Positions 44,046-53,065 of a DNA stretch of 64,000 nt are shown here, one piece after another; position 1 is the first letter of the stretch; every line of letters starts with the position of its first letter. Origin of the DNA: an uncultured Prochlorococcus sp. (lineage in GTDB: Bacteria; Cyanobacteriota; Cyanobacteriia; PCC-6307; Cyanobiaceae); assembly GCA_902572595.1 (NCBI GenBank), contig CACGGL010000001.1, positions 1,990 to 65,989 of the forward strand, given 5' to 3'. The translations under genes were made by a program, and so were the position numbers. The notes beneath the pieces are model-generated. The model did no database searches and was not told where the DNA came from. It worked only from the letters and a program-made list of their open reading frames with translations.

Positions 44046-44891
44046 TTGTTAATAGCAACTTGGAATGTTAACTCTATAAGAACAAGACTTTCACAAATCA
44101 TAGATTGGATTGCTCAAGTTAATCCAGATATTCTATGTTTGCAGGAAACAAAAGTGATTGATGATAGTTTCCCTTTAGAACCTTTTGAAAAATTAGGATA
44201 CTCAGTAGAGGTCTACGGACAAAAATCATACAATGGTGTGGCTATTATTTCTAAAATAAAGCCAGAAAATGTTAAAAAAGGATTCTACGGTTGTACCGAC
44301 TCTAATCAAAATATTGAAACTTTCCAAGCTCAAAAAAGATTAATTTCTGCTGATATTAATGGTATTAAGATCATAAATGTCTATGTCCCAAACGGATCTT
44401 CTCTAGGATCTAGTAAGTTCGAATACAAAATTAGTTGGTTAAATTGTTTAGCTTCATTTTTGGATGAACAAGAAAAAACAGGAGAATTAATTTGTCTTAT
44501 GGGGGATTTTAATGTTGCTCCATCTAACTTGGATATTCATGATCCAAAGAAATTTGATGGAGGAATAATGGCATCTGAGATAGAGAGAAATGCACTAAAA
44601 AATGTTCTGAAAAAAAGATTAATAGATTCTTTCAGGATTTTCGAACAAAATCCTGGCCATTGGAGTTGGTGGGATTACCGTAATAACTCATTTGAATTAA
44701 ATAAAGGTTGGAGAATAGACCATATATATGTCAGCAAAGAACTGTCCTCAAAACTTAAAAGTTGTGTCATAGACTGCTCACCAAGAGGTAATTTACGTCC
44801 AAGTGATCATGCCCCAGTAATGATAGATCTTAACCTGAACGATCTAAATGAAGACTTTTTTGAGGATGATGATAATTTCTTCGAAATATAA
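44046..44891 (+). CDS. xth: Exodeoxyribonuclease III
   Basis: ATWNVNS, LQETK, YNGVA, YVPNG, GDFN, WSWWDYR, GWRIDH, SDH. Confidence 0.96.
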   Translation: MLIATWNVNSIRTRLSQIIDWIAQVNPDILCLQETKVIDDSFPLEPFEKLGYSVEVYGQKSYNGVAIISKIKPENVKKGFYGCTDSNQNIETFQAQKRLISADINGIKIINVYVPNGSSLGSSKFEYKISWLNCLASFLDEQEKTGELICLMGDFNVAPSNLDIHDPKKFDGGIMASEIERNALKNVLKKRLIDSFRIFEQNPGHWSWWDYRNNSFELNKGWRIDHIYVSKELSSKLKSCVIDCSPRGNLRPSDHAPVMIDLNLNDLNEDFFEDDDNFFEI

Positions 44892-45116
44892 ATAAAATAA
44901 ATTAAACTTTTTTAATTCCTGAAAACACTTATAAATAAAGACTTATCAAGATTAATGTTGTTTTTTATTATGATTTCTTTAAAATTAATAATTTACAATC
45001 CTAACTATCGCAATAAAAATATCATAATGTAGAATTTCAATCTGATTGACAAAATTTTTACTTATTTCTAATTTAGAACATGCCAAGATTTTCTCAAAAC
45101 ATCATTTAGTTAAATT

Positions 45117-46418
45117 GTGACTGACATATTAAATTACACCCAATCAGAAGAAATTTTTTCTGCCGCCCAACAATTAATGCCAGGAGGAGTAAGTTCTCCA
45201 GTAAGAGCTTTTAAGTCTGTTGGAGGGCAGCCAATTGTTTTTGATAGAGTCAAAGGTCCCTATGCTTGGGATATTGATGGAAATAGATATATTGACTATA
45301 TAGGGAGTTGGGGGCCGGCTATATGTGGACATGCCCACCCTGAAGTTACAACGGCATTACAAGAAGCAATTGAGAAAGGCACTAGCTTTGGTGCTCCATG
45401 CGTTCTAGAGAACAAACTTGCTGAAATGGTAATAGATGCAGTCCCGTCTGTAGAAATGGTTAGATTTGTTAATAGTGGAACTGAAGCATGCATGGCTGTT
45501 TTAAGGCTTATGCGAGCATTTACTGGAAGAGATAAAGTTATTAAATTTGACGGTTGCTATCACGGTCATGCAGATATGTTTTTAGTGAAAGCAGGATCAG
45601 GTGTAGCCACTCTTGGTTTACCGGATTCTCCAGGTGTTCCACGGACGACGACTGCTAACACTCTTACTGCTCCTTACAATGACCTTGAAGCAGTTAAAAA
45701 ATTATTTTCTGAAAATCCTGATGCCATTTCGGGAGTTATACTTGAGCCAATCGTTGGGAATGCTGGATTTATTACGCCAGAACCTGGATTTCTGGAAGGT
45801 TTAAGAGAATTAACAACTGAGAATGGATCCTTATTAGTTTTCGACGAAGTAATGACCGGATTCAGAATAAGTTATGGGGGCGCACAAGAAAAGTTTGGGG
45901 TAACTCCTGACTTAACCACTCTTGGGAAAGTAATTGGTGGAGGCCTACCTGTTGGAGCCTATGGAGGCAAGAAAGAAATAATGTCAATGGTAGCCCCTTC
46001 CGGACCGGTTTACCAAGCAGGTACTTTGAGCGGTAATCCACTCGCAATGACTGCTGGGATCAAAACTCTTGAACTGCTCAAACAAGATGGTACCTACGAC
46101 AAGCTTGATTCAACAACTTCTAGATTAATTGAAGGGATAATTCAGTCTGCTGAAAATAACGGTATCGCTATTAACGGTGGGAGTGTAAGCGCTATGTTTG
46201 GATTTTTCTTATGTGATGGACCAGTGAGGAACTTTGATGAGGCCAAAACAAATGATACAGAACTTTTCGGTAAGTTGCATAGAGAAATGCTTAGAAGAGG
46301 AATTTACCTGGCACCAAGTCCCTTCGAAGCAGGTTTCACATCACTAGCTCATAGCGAAGAAGAAATTGACAAAACTATAGAGGCTTTTGACGAATCTTTC
46401 AATGCAATAAAAAAATAA
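45117..46418 (+). CDS. hemL: Glutamate-1-semialdehyde 2,1-aminomutase
   Basis: [40 protein letters not shown]. Confidence 0.97.
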   Translation: MTDILNYTQSEEIFSAAQQLMPGGVSSPVRAFKSVGGQPIVFDRVKGPYAWDIDGNRYIDYIGSWGPAICGHAHPEVTTALQEAIEKGTSFGAPCVLENKLAEMVIDAVPSVEMVRFVNSGTEACMAVLRLMRAFTGRDKVIKFDGCYHGHADMFLVKAGSGVATLGLPDSPGVPRTTTANTLTAPYNDLEAVKKLFSENPDAISGVILEPIVGNAGFITPEPGFLEGLRELTTENGSLLVFDEVMTGFRISYGGAQEKFGVTPDLTTLGKVIGGGLPVGAYGGKKEIMSMVAPSGPVYQAGTLSGNPLAMTAGIKTLELLKQDGTYDKLDSTTSRLIEGIIQSAENNGIAINGGSVSAMFGFFLCDGPVRNFDEAKTNDTELFGKLHREMLRRGIYLAPSPFEAGFTSLAHSEEEIDKTIEAFDESFNAIKK

Positions 46419-46460
46419 TCATTTACTTTTCTTTACTTGAATAAAAATAAGTAAATGATT
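46417..46460. terminator. Perfect 12-bp inverted repeat between convergent hemL and the band-7 gene; possible bidirectional terminator
   Basis: AATCATTTACTT (46417-28) and AAGTAAATGATT (46449-60), 20-nt spacer. Confidence 0.5.
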
Positions 46461-46489
46461 AAAAGCTTTTGAGAATTATTTTTTAATAA

Positions 46490-47293
46490 TTACCTTCTAC
46501 CACCAACTATTACTGGAGGACTACCTCCTTCTGAACCTGGAAGGCCAGGAACAACTTGCGTACTACCATCCCATTTGTCGAGAAATAATTTGAAAAGCAC
46601 CTGATCGTCGAGACTTCTGTTTAATGTCTGATATCTAAGTGCTTCTTGCTCAGCAATTTCAACTTCAGTCTTTGCCCTTAGTAATTGCTGTCCAGCGATT
46701 TGCTTTTGTTCAATCGCAGCTCTATATTCTTCAGCGATCTCTAATCCAGTAAGATCTAAACTTTTAACATCTACATAATCAAATGAATTTAGTTCCTTTG
46801 CGACTGTGTCTCCTACCTTTTCAGAAATTACTGCGAATTCAGTAGCAATTGTTTCAAGCTCATATTGAGAAAAGACTGATTTTAGAGCTTTTAGCAAAGA
46901 TGGCTGAACAATTTTTTGATAAACATCGCTATTTCTGCTTGCAATTGTTGCGAAGATCCTTCCTGCTTCATTAGGTTTTACTGAATACTTGACAGTAGCT
47001 GTAGCTCTAATAACTTGAAGATCTTTAGTTAATGTTTCAAATTTTTCGGGTTGAACCTGAGTTTTTATATCAAATGGATAAACAGACTGGATAAATGGAA
47101 GTTTAAAATTTAAACCAGCTCTCCTAGAGGGTCCACTTACTTTCCCTAATGTTGTAACAACTGCAACTTGTCCAGAAGGGACAACAAAAAGAGATTGGGT
47201 GAGCAAAAGAAAGCCAGTAAAGGACAATACAATCAATAATGTTGCTGTTCCACCTGGACCTGTTGGTGTTACATTTTTAAAGGATGTTGACAT
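46490..47293 (-). CDS. SPFH/band 7 (prohibitin-like) protein
   Basis: N-terminal TM, GLNFKLPF, TKDLQ, AIEQKQIA.Q, KWDG. Confidence 0.92.
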   Translation of the reverse strand: MSTSFKNVTPTGPGGTATLLIVLSFTGFLLLTQSLFVVPSGQVAVVTTLGKVSGPSRRAGLNFKLPFIQSVYPFDIKTQVQPEKFETLTKDLQVIRATATVKYSVKPNEAGRIFATIASRNSDVYQKIVQPSLLKALKSVFSQYELETIATEFAVISEKVGDTVAKELNSFDYVDVKSLDLTGLEIAEEYRAAIEQKQIAGQQLLRAKTEVEIAEQEALRYQTLNRSLDDQVLFKLFLDKWDGSTQVVPGLPGSEGGSPPVIVGGRR

Positions 47294-47414
47294 TAAATTT
47301 TGTCTTTTAATTAATCATATTTAAATAGACTAATTAGTGCATTAATAAGGCATTTAATTAAAATATTTTTTTAATAATTGTAGATTTAAATGTAAATATT
47401 ATTTACTAAAAATA

Positions 47415-47612
47415 TTATTTGAATTCTTGCAAAAGTTCTAAATAAAGGTCCTCATCTATTTCTCTTATGTCATATTCAGAGGGTAAAACACCATGCTTAT
47501 GCTCATGTACTGCCATCCAACAAAATTTCTCGATTTCTTTTTTTGAAAAACGAGGATATTCTTTTACTTTCTTAATCAATGATTTAATGAGAGATTCTGA
47601 ATAATCTGTCAT
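47415..47612 (-). CDS. Small hypothetical protein
   Basis: 65 aa ORF co-oriented with yajQ; CWMAVHEHKHG motif. Confidence 0.65.
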   Translation of the reverse strand: MTDYSESLIKSLIKKVKEYPRFSKKEIEKFCWMAVHEHKHGVLPSEYDIREIDEDLYLELLQEFK

Positions 47613-47639
47613 GCTTTATAAATATTCTTAATTAAGATC

Positions 47640-48137
47640 TTATCTAAAGTTATTAGCTTTTAGAGGAATGTTCAAAGACTCTTCCAACTCACTAACAAGC
47701 TTAATTGCTAATTGAAGATCATTTTTGCTCTTACTTGCGACTCTGAGTGTTTCTCCATTGATGCTGACATTAATTTTCTTTATTTGATCTCTAATATTTT
47801 TACTGATTTTTTTTGCGATTTCTTGTTTAATTCCTTGTTTTAATAAAATTGTCTGTTTTACTCTATTACCGCTAACCGTTTCAATTTCACCACAGTCAAA
47901 TATTTTTAAAGATAAGTTTCTTTTTATTGCTTTTTGTCTAATTATGTCATTAACAGCATTTAAGGTTAATTCGCTATTGGTAATTATAAAAATATTTTCT
48001 TTATCTAAATCCACTGAAGTGTCTGTGCCTTTCAGATCGTAACGCTGAGAAATTTCCCTTTTTACTTGATCCAAAGTATTGACCAATTCCTGCCTATCAA
48101 AATCAGAAACGATATCAAATGAAAAACTTTCTGCCAT
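47640..48137 (-). CDS. yajQ: YajQ-family nucleotide-binding protein
   Basis: SFDIVS, RYDLKG, GI...AKKI, G.TLRV...K.DLQ, NFR end. Confidence 0.93.
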   Translation of the reverse strand: MAESFSFDIVSDFDRQELVNTLDQVKREISQRYDLKGTDTSVDLDKENIFIITNSELTLNAVNDIIRQKAIKRNLSLKIFDCGEIETVSGNRVKQTILLKQGIKQEIAKKISKNIRDQIKKINVSINGETLRVASKSKNDLQLAIKLVSELEESLNIPLKANNFR

Positions 48138-48203
48138 AGTAAATTATTAATAGCTAAATATTATTAGCATAAATCATCTTTTAATAAGGGGAAATGGATT
48201 TAT

Positions 48204-48716
48204 TTAATCAAAAAATAACAAACTAACTACTTTCCCCATTTCTTCCGCGCATCTACAACTATTTAACAAAGTTTCACTATCGTGAAAAGCAAAGCATATT
48301 AATTGATCGCACCTAGTAATAATTTCTTGATTACAAAGACTGCTTGCAAGTGGCAAAGGTAATTCATCATTTTCACTTTTTTCAACCAAATGCATAACCC
48401 TTTCGAGTTGATCCTTTATTTCGGGTATTTGTCTGTCAAGACTTTGTGGTAATAAAACAGTTAATAATGATGGATTAATATCTAATACAGCTCGAATAAC
48501 AGCCGCATTGACACCTTGTGATCCAGAAGTAAGGATTTTATGTCCTTCCTCTGCTAAAGACCTTGCTATCAACTCAATTAAGTGAATATCGACAACTGGT
48601 ACGTGTCTACTACCCAAAAAAGCAATTCTCCTTTTCCCATTATCTTGGAGTTTTGCAAGTTCTTGAGCTAAGGCATCAACGCCTTCAGTTGCTGGTAGAT
48701 CTAAAGAGCGACTCAA
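48204..48716 (-). CDS. Stand-alone SLOG (Smf/DprA-like Rossmann) domain protein
   Basis: IAFLGSR, TSGSQGVNAA, NQEII...D.LI pattern matching the DprA GSR/SG.A.G.D/RN motifs. Confidence 0.65.
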   Translation of the reverse strand: MSRSLDLPATEGVDALAQELAKLQDNGKRRIAFLGSRHVPVVDIHLIELIARSLAEEGHKILTSGSQGVNAAVIRAVLDINPSLLTVLLPQSLDRQIPEIKDQLERVMHLVEKSENDELPLPLASSLCNQEIITRCDQLICFAFHDSETLLNSCRCAEEMGKVVSLLFFD

Positions 48717-48741
48717 AATAATATAGTTCCTATATTTGAAA

Positions 48742-49851
48742 TTAGCATTTATCTGAAAAATTGCAGGGAAAATCTATCTTTTCGAGAATTCTTTGTAGAT
48801 TTACATTCTCTTGAACTAATTGAATAGCATAAGAAGCTTTAATTGATTCATGTATTCTGACATGACCAAAAGCTTGTTCAATAATTTCTACGGAGGAAAG
48901 AGTATCTAATTCTACTTTTAAAATTGGCACCTCCAATTCCTCCGCTCTATGAATCAATTGTGACAAGGGGTCTCCTATACCAGTTAAAATTAGGCATTGA
49001 GTCGAAGCCTCCAAAGCAGCGAGTTGGATATCAGTTCTATCAGCTCCAGTAACTACAGCCATATTTCGTCTTCTCCTGAAAAATTCCATTGCAGAATTCA
49101 CCCCCATTGCACCAATACTTAATGTTTCAACAAGCAATTGATCTTTTTCAGGGCAACAAATTACTTGGGCATCAAGTCTTCTTACAAGCTCTCCGACTGT
49201 GACACTTCTAAGAAGTGGCGATTTAGGCATTACCCCAAACACTTCAATATCCAGATCTTTAAGAGAAGGTATTATTTCATTTTTAACTTTTTCGACTTCT
49301 TGAGGCAAAACACCGTTCAATACAACTCCAGCCAATTTCTCTCCTAATTGTTTTTTCGCATCAAGTAATGCATCAACACTTTTACAATCTTCCCATAAAT
49401 TCACAATTAAAACTTTCGCATCTAAATCCTTAGCTAATTGTGGGAGACTTAAGCCATAAATCATACCTTCATGAAGACTTCCAGCTGCCTCTAGAATATT
49501 CAGACCTTCAAAATCATCATTAACCAATCCTTCAATCTGATCAAAACCTTTTCCTGGGAGTAAATCTTTATTAAAGATTCTTTTTTCAGCTGAGATATTA
49601 TCCAACAATCCTACTGAGGAAATTAAATTCTCCTCTTCGATATTTAATGTAGATCCAATAAACTTAACATCATCATCTATTAATCCTTCATAAGACATTG
49701 AAGGAAGATTAGTAAGTTCAATACATGTCGCTAGTGGTTTCCCTATGCGTACTTTTTTTTTCTTCTGTAAAAGTTTTTTTGCTATCCCAAGAACCATTGC
49801 AGACTTACCACTAAATGGCTCACATGAACCAATTAATAATATATCGCTCAT
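48742..49851 (-). CDS. Phosphotransacetylase N-terminal-like protein (BioD-like P-loop + DRTGG), no catalytic PTA domain
   Basis: PFSGKS, GKP, VTGADRTDIQLAALE, LILTG. Confidence 0.82.
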   Translation of the reverse strand: MSDILLIGSCEPFSGKSAMVLGIAKKLLQKKKKVRIGKPLATCIELTNLPSMSYEGLIDDDVKFIGSTLNIEEENLISSVGLLDNISAEKRIFNKDLLPGKGFDQIEGLVNDDFEGLNILEAAGSLHEGMIYGLSLPQLAKDLDAKVLIVNLWEDCKSVDALLDAKKQLGEKLAGVVLNGVLPQEVEKVKNEIIPSLKDLDIEVFGVMPKSPLLRSVTVGELVRRLDAQVICCPEKDQLLVETLSIGAMGVNSAMEFFRRRRNMAVVTGADRTDIQLAALEASTQCLILTGIGDPLSQLIHRAEELEVPILKVELDTLSSVEIIEQAFGHVRIHESIKASYAIQLVQENVNLQRILEKIDFPCNFSDKC

Positions 49852-49998
49852 AATTAGTAAAATTATTTATCAATAGATTTAAGATAATATTTTTTTCAGA
49901 ACTAAACAAATATTTATTTATGAGTTTTAAAAAAATATAAATAATCTTTTTTTGGTAAATTTATTTTAGTTCTTTGGTATCTCATCAAAATCAAGAAA

Positions 49999-50718
49999 AT
50001 GATAAATTCAACCAAAAACGGAAAAACTATAGGTATTACTGGAGCCTCAGGTGCGCTAGGGAAAGAATTAACAAAGTTGTTTCGTCAAAAAGGATATAAG
50101 GTGATTGGATTTACACATAGTAAAACTAATTATGAAATAAATCTTGAATCTCCAAATAAATGGATTAATTGGGAATGTGGAAAGGAGTCTTCATTAAGAA
50201 AACAATTAGAGAAGATAGACATTTTAATTTTGAACCATGGCATCTATGATTTGAGTAGAGAAAATTCAAATTATGAAAATTCAATAGAAATAAATGCATT
50301 GAGCAAATTCAAATTTTTAAATTTATTTGAAGATATTGCTATAAGCAATGATTCACTTACAAAAAAAGAAATTTGGATAAACACATCTGAAGCAGAAATA
50401 TTACCAGCCCTAAATCCGTCATATGAGATTAGTAAATCCCTTATTGGTCAATTAGTTTCTTTCAAAAAAAATCTTTTGGATAAAAATACAAAGAAAAAAT
50501 TTATAATTAAAAAAATCATCTTAGGGCCTTTCAAATCAGAACTAAATCCTATCGGAATAATGAGTCCCAAATTTGTTTCAAAAAAAATTTATAATTTAGC
50601 TAATTCAAAAAAATATTTAATAATAATTAGTCCAAATCCTTTAAGCTACCTACTTTTTCCATTAAAAGAGTTTTTTAATTTTTTGTATTGCCAAATTATC
50701 TATAAGTACAAGTCATAG
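49999..50718 (+). CDS. Short-chain dehydrogenase/reductase
   Basis: TGASGALG, NHG, YEISK. Confidence 0.85.
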   Translation: MINSTKNGKTIGITGASGALGKELTKLFRQKGYKVIGFTHSKTNYEINLESPNKWINWECGKESSLRKQLEKIDILILNHGIYDLSRENSNYENSIEINALSKFKFLNLFEDIAISNDSLTKKEIWINTSEAEILPALNPSYEISKSLIGQLVSFKKNLLDKNTKKKFIIKKIILGPFKSELNPIGIMSPKFVSKKIYNLANSKKYLIIISPNPLSYLLFPLKEFFNFLYCQIIYKYKS

Positions 50719-50721
50719 GTT

Positions 50722-51561
50722 TTAGAAATCTCTATCTGTCAATATTTCAATTCCATCTTTTAAAACAACTATTGTATGCTCCCATTGGGCCGACAATTTT
50801 CCATCTTTTGTTATTACGGTCCATCTATCATTTAAAGTTTTACAAAATTTAGTCCCTTCATTAACAATAGGTTCCACAGCTAATGTCATTCCTTCACGAA
50901 GTACGACGTTGGGTAATTCTTTGGTCCGAAAATTAAATACCGATGGTTCTTCATGAAGATTTCTTCCGACTCCGTGACCTGTATAGTCTTCCACAACACT
51001 AAAACCATTTTTTAAAACAATATCCTCGATTTCTCCAGCAACATCTAAGAGTGTATTACCAGCTTTGATTTTCGAAAGCCCCGCATACAAAGCTTTATAA
51101 GCTATGTCACTAAGTTTTTGGGCCTTTGGACTAACTTCTCCTACACAAATTGATATACAACTATCTCCATGGAAACCATCTAAGTATGCCCCTGTATCAA
51201 TTTTAACTAAGTCACCATTTTTAATTATTTTATTTTTACTTGGAATTCCGTGGACAACCTCATTATTAATACTAGAACAAATACTAGAAGGGAATCCATG
51301 ATAGCCCTTGAAACTTGGCACAGCTCCAAAACTTTTTATCCTCTTTTCTGCGAAATCATCTAAATCTTGTGTACTCATTCCAGGTTTAATTAAGTCATTA
51401 ATTTCCCTCAAAACAGTTGCAACAATTCTACTAGATTTTTTCATTAAATTTATTTCCCGTGCAGACTTTATTTCGATTCCTCTCCTCCTGTTAATAAAGG
51501 GAACTTGATCATTAGCTTTGGAATTATTTTTATTTAACAAAAGATCTGCAAAATGTCTCAT
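50722..51561 (-). CDS. map: Methionine aminopeptidase type I
   Basis: VVHGIP, D.G....G.HGD, GHGVG...HEEP, EP, SAQWEHT. Confidence 0.96.
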   Translation of the reverse strand: MRHFADLLLNKNNSKANDQVPFINRRRGIEIKSAREINLMKKSSRIVATVLREINDLIKPGMSTQDLDDFAEKRIKSFGAVPSFKGYHGFPSSICSSINNEVVHGIPSKNKIIKNGDLVKIDTGAYLDGFHGDSCISICVGEVSPKAQKLSDIAYKALYAGLSKIKAGNTLLDVAGEIEDIVLKNGFSVVEDYTGHGVGRNLHEEPSVFNFRTKELPNVVLREGMTLAVEPIVNEGTKFCKTLNDRWTVITKDGKLSAQWEHTIVVLKDGIEILTDRDF

Positions 51562-51641
51562 TGGAATAAATAATAGTAAAAGGTAAATATTTTCAAAATA
51601 GCCTTTATGGTCTTGGCTACCTTAAATCTATCAATAACAAT

Positions 51642-51965
51642 GTGAAAGAAACAAAAATGAAAAATTTATTTAATTCTAGGCAATTTCATAAGGCTTTGGC
51701 GCCCTGGGTTTTTATTCCACTATTTATATCCTCAATTACTGGTCTTCTTTATAGGGTTTCAAAAGATTTATTAGGTTACTCCAGAGAACAAGTTCATTGG
51801 TTAATGTCTCTCCATGAGGGCGAATGGCTTGGAGATAATGGAGAACTTATATACGTAATATTGAATTCACTTGGAGTTTTTTGGATGCTCATAACGGGAT
51901 TCCAAATGTTTTCAAAAACAATTTCATTTACCAAAAAGGTTACTAAAGGTGAGTCAAAAGGTTAA
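51642..51965 (+). CDS. Small PepSY-associated TM helix protein
   Basis: RQFHKAL, ITG, LMSLHEG, ITG pattern; start may be ATG 51657. Confidence 0.7.
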   Translation: MKETKMKNLFNSRQFHKALAPWVFIPLFISSITGLLYRVSKDLLGYSREQVHWLMSLHEGEWLGDNGELIYVILNSLGVFWMLITGFQMFSKTISFTKKVTKGESKG

Positions 51966-51998
51966 GATATAGAACTTGTAGGATAAAAAAAGACCAAA

Positions 51999-52469
51999 AT
52001 GGCCAAAGAGAAACAAGAGAAGGAATTAGAAACCGGTACTAAAGCTGACGCATCAGTTGATGTAGCAGTTGAACAAAAAGAAAAAAACATGGTTTCTGAA
52101 ATTACACAAACCTTAAGCGCATCCAATCTTATTAAAGAATTTGAGAATGAACAACTAAAAAAGGAATTACCTGAAATTTATGTTGGGGACACTGTTAAAG
52201 TTGGAGTAAAAATTACAGAAGGTAATAAAGAAAGAGTCCAACCTTATGAAGGTGTTGTTATTGCAAAAAGGCATGGAGGAATTAACCAGACTATTACAGT
52301 CAGAAGAATTTTTCAGGGTATAGGTGTTGAAAGAGTATTTATGCTACATAGTCCACAGGTTGCCTCTCTAAAAGTTGAACGTAGAGGTAAAGTAAGAAGA
52401 GCTAAGTTATTCTATCTAAGAGATAGAGTAGGAAAAGCTACTCGCGTAAAACAACGCTTTGATCGATAA
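51999..52469 (+). CDS. rplS: 50S ribosomal protein L19
   Basis: [35 protein letters not shown]. Confidence 0.97.
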   Translation: MAKEKQEKELETGTKADASVDVAVEQKEKNMVSEITQTLSASNLIKEFENEQLKKELPEIYVGDTVKVGVKITEGNKERVQPYEGVVIAKRHGGINQTITVRRIFQGIGVERVFMLHSPQVASLKVERRGKVRRAKLFYLRDRVGKATRVKQRFDR

Positions 52470-52507
52470 AGTTGTAAATTAATCAACTTATTGTTCACAA
52501 AGGCGCT

Positions 52508-52513
52508 TATAAT
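52508..52513 (+). promoter_or_regulatory. Consensus -10 box upstream of tRNA-Trp
   Basis: TATAAT ending 9 nt before the mature tRNA 5' end. Confidence 0.5.
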
Positions 52514-52522
52514 TATTTAGAT

Positions 52523-52595
52523 GCGTCGTTAGTTCAGTTGGTAGAACGCAGGTCTCCAAAACCTGATGTCGGGGGTTCAAGTCCTCCACGACGCG
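52523..52595 (+). tRNA. trnW: tRNA-Trp (CCA)
   Basis: Acceptor GCGTCGT/ACGACGC; anticodon arm CAGGT-CTCCAAA-ACCTG; GGTTCAAGTCC T arm; 3' CCA not encoded. Confidence 0.97.
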
Positions 52596-52630
52596 TTTGA
52601 TCAACATTATGTAAATCATTTTTTCATAAG

Positions 52631-52825
52631 ATGGAGTTAGATCTTCAACCTGGGGACGTAGTTAAAGTCCTCGAATCAGCAGCTTTAGGATGGGTTCGTG
52701 CAAGAGTCATCAGAGTTAAGTCTGGTGGAAGAGTTGTCGTACAAAGTGACCAAGGCAGAGAATTTACCGCTAGAGGTAACCAAGTTAGGTTGATAGAACC
52801 TGCTGGTTTTAGACCTCAAAAATAA
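52631..52825 (+). CDS. Prochlorococcus/Synechococcus hyper-conserved protein (PSHCP, Tudor-like)
   Basis: MELDLQPGDVVKVLESAALGWVRARVIRVKSGGRVVVQSDQGREFTARGNQVRLIEPAGFRP(QK); position between tRNA-Trp and tRNA-Asp/gltX. Confidence 0.92.
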   Translation: MELDLQPGDVVKVLESAALGWVRARVIRVKSGGRVVVQSDQGREFTARGNQVRLIEPAGFRPQK

Positions 52826-52974
52826 ATAGTTGTTTATATTAAGGCTGCTTTAAAACTAACTATTTCTGTAAATCCTCAAATTAATAAAATTTTTTTATTA
52901 CAACACCATAAATTAAGTATTATGATCTGATAATTTTAAGAATGAAGTTCTAAATAAATTTAGAACAATACTCT

Positions 52975-53048
52975 GGGACCGTAGTTCAACTGGTTAGAGC
53001 ACCGCCCTGTCACGGCGGAAGTTGCGGGTTCGAATCCCGTCGGTCCCG
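52975..53048 (+). tRNA. trnD: tRNA-Asp (GTC)
   Basis: Acceptor GGGACCG/CGGTCCC; anticodon arm CCGCC-CTGTCAC-GGCGG; GGTTCGAATCC. Confidence 0.97.
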
Positions 53049-53065
53049 TTTTTTCTAAAAGAAAT

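Noticed and set aside
48204-48716. Calling this gene dprA (natural competence)
   Set aside because: Only 170 aa, lacking the extra SAM and C-terminal domains of full DprA; kept as a generic SLOG domain
52523-53048. tRNA-Trp or tRNA-Asp as an occupied integration site
   Set aside because: No duplicated tRNA 3' end noticed in the window and both tRNAs are followed by core genes
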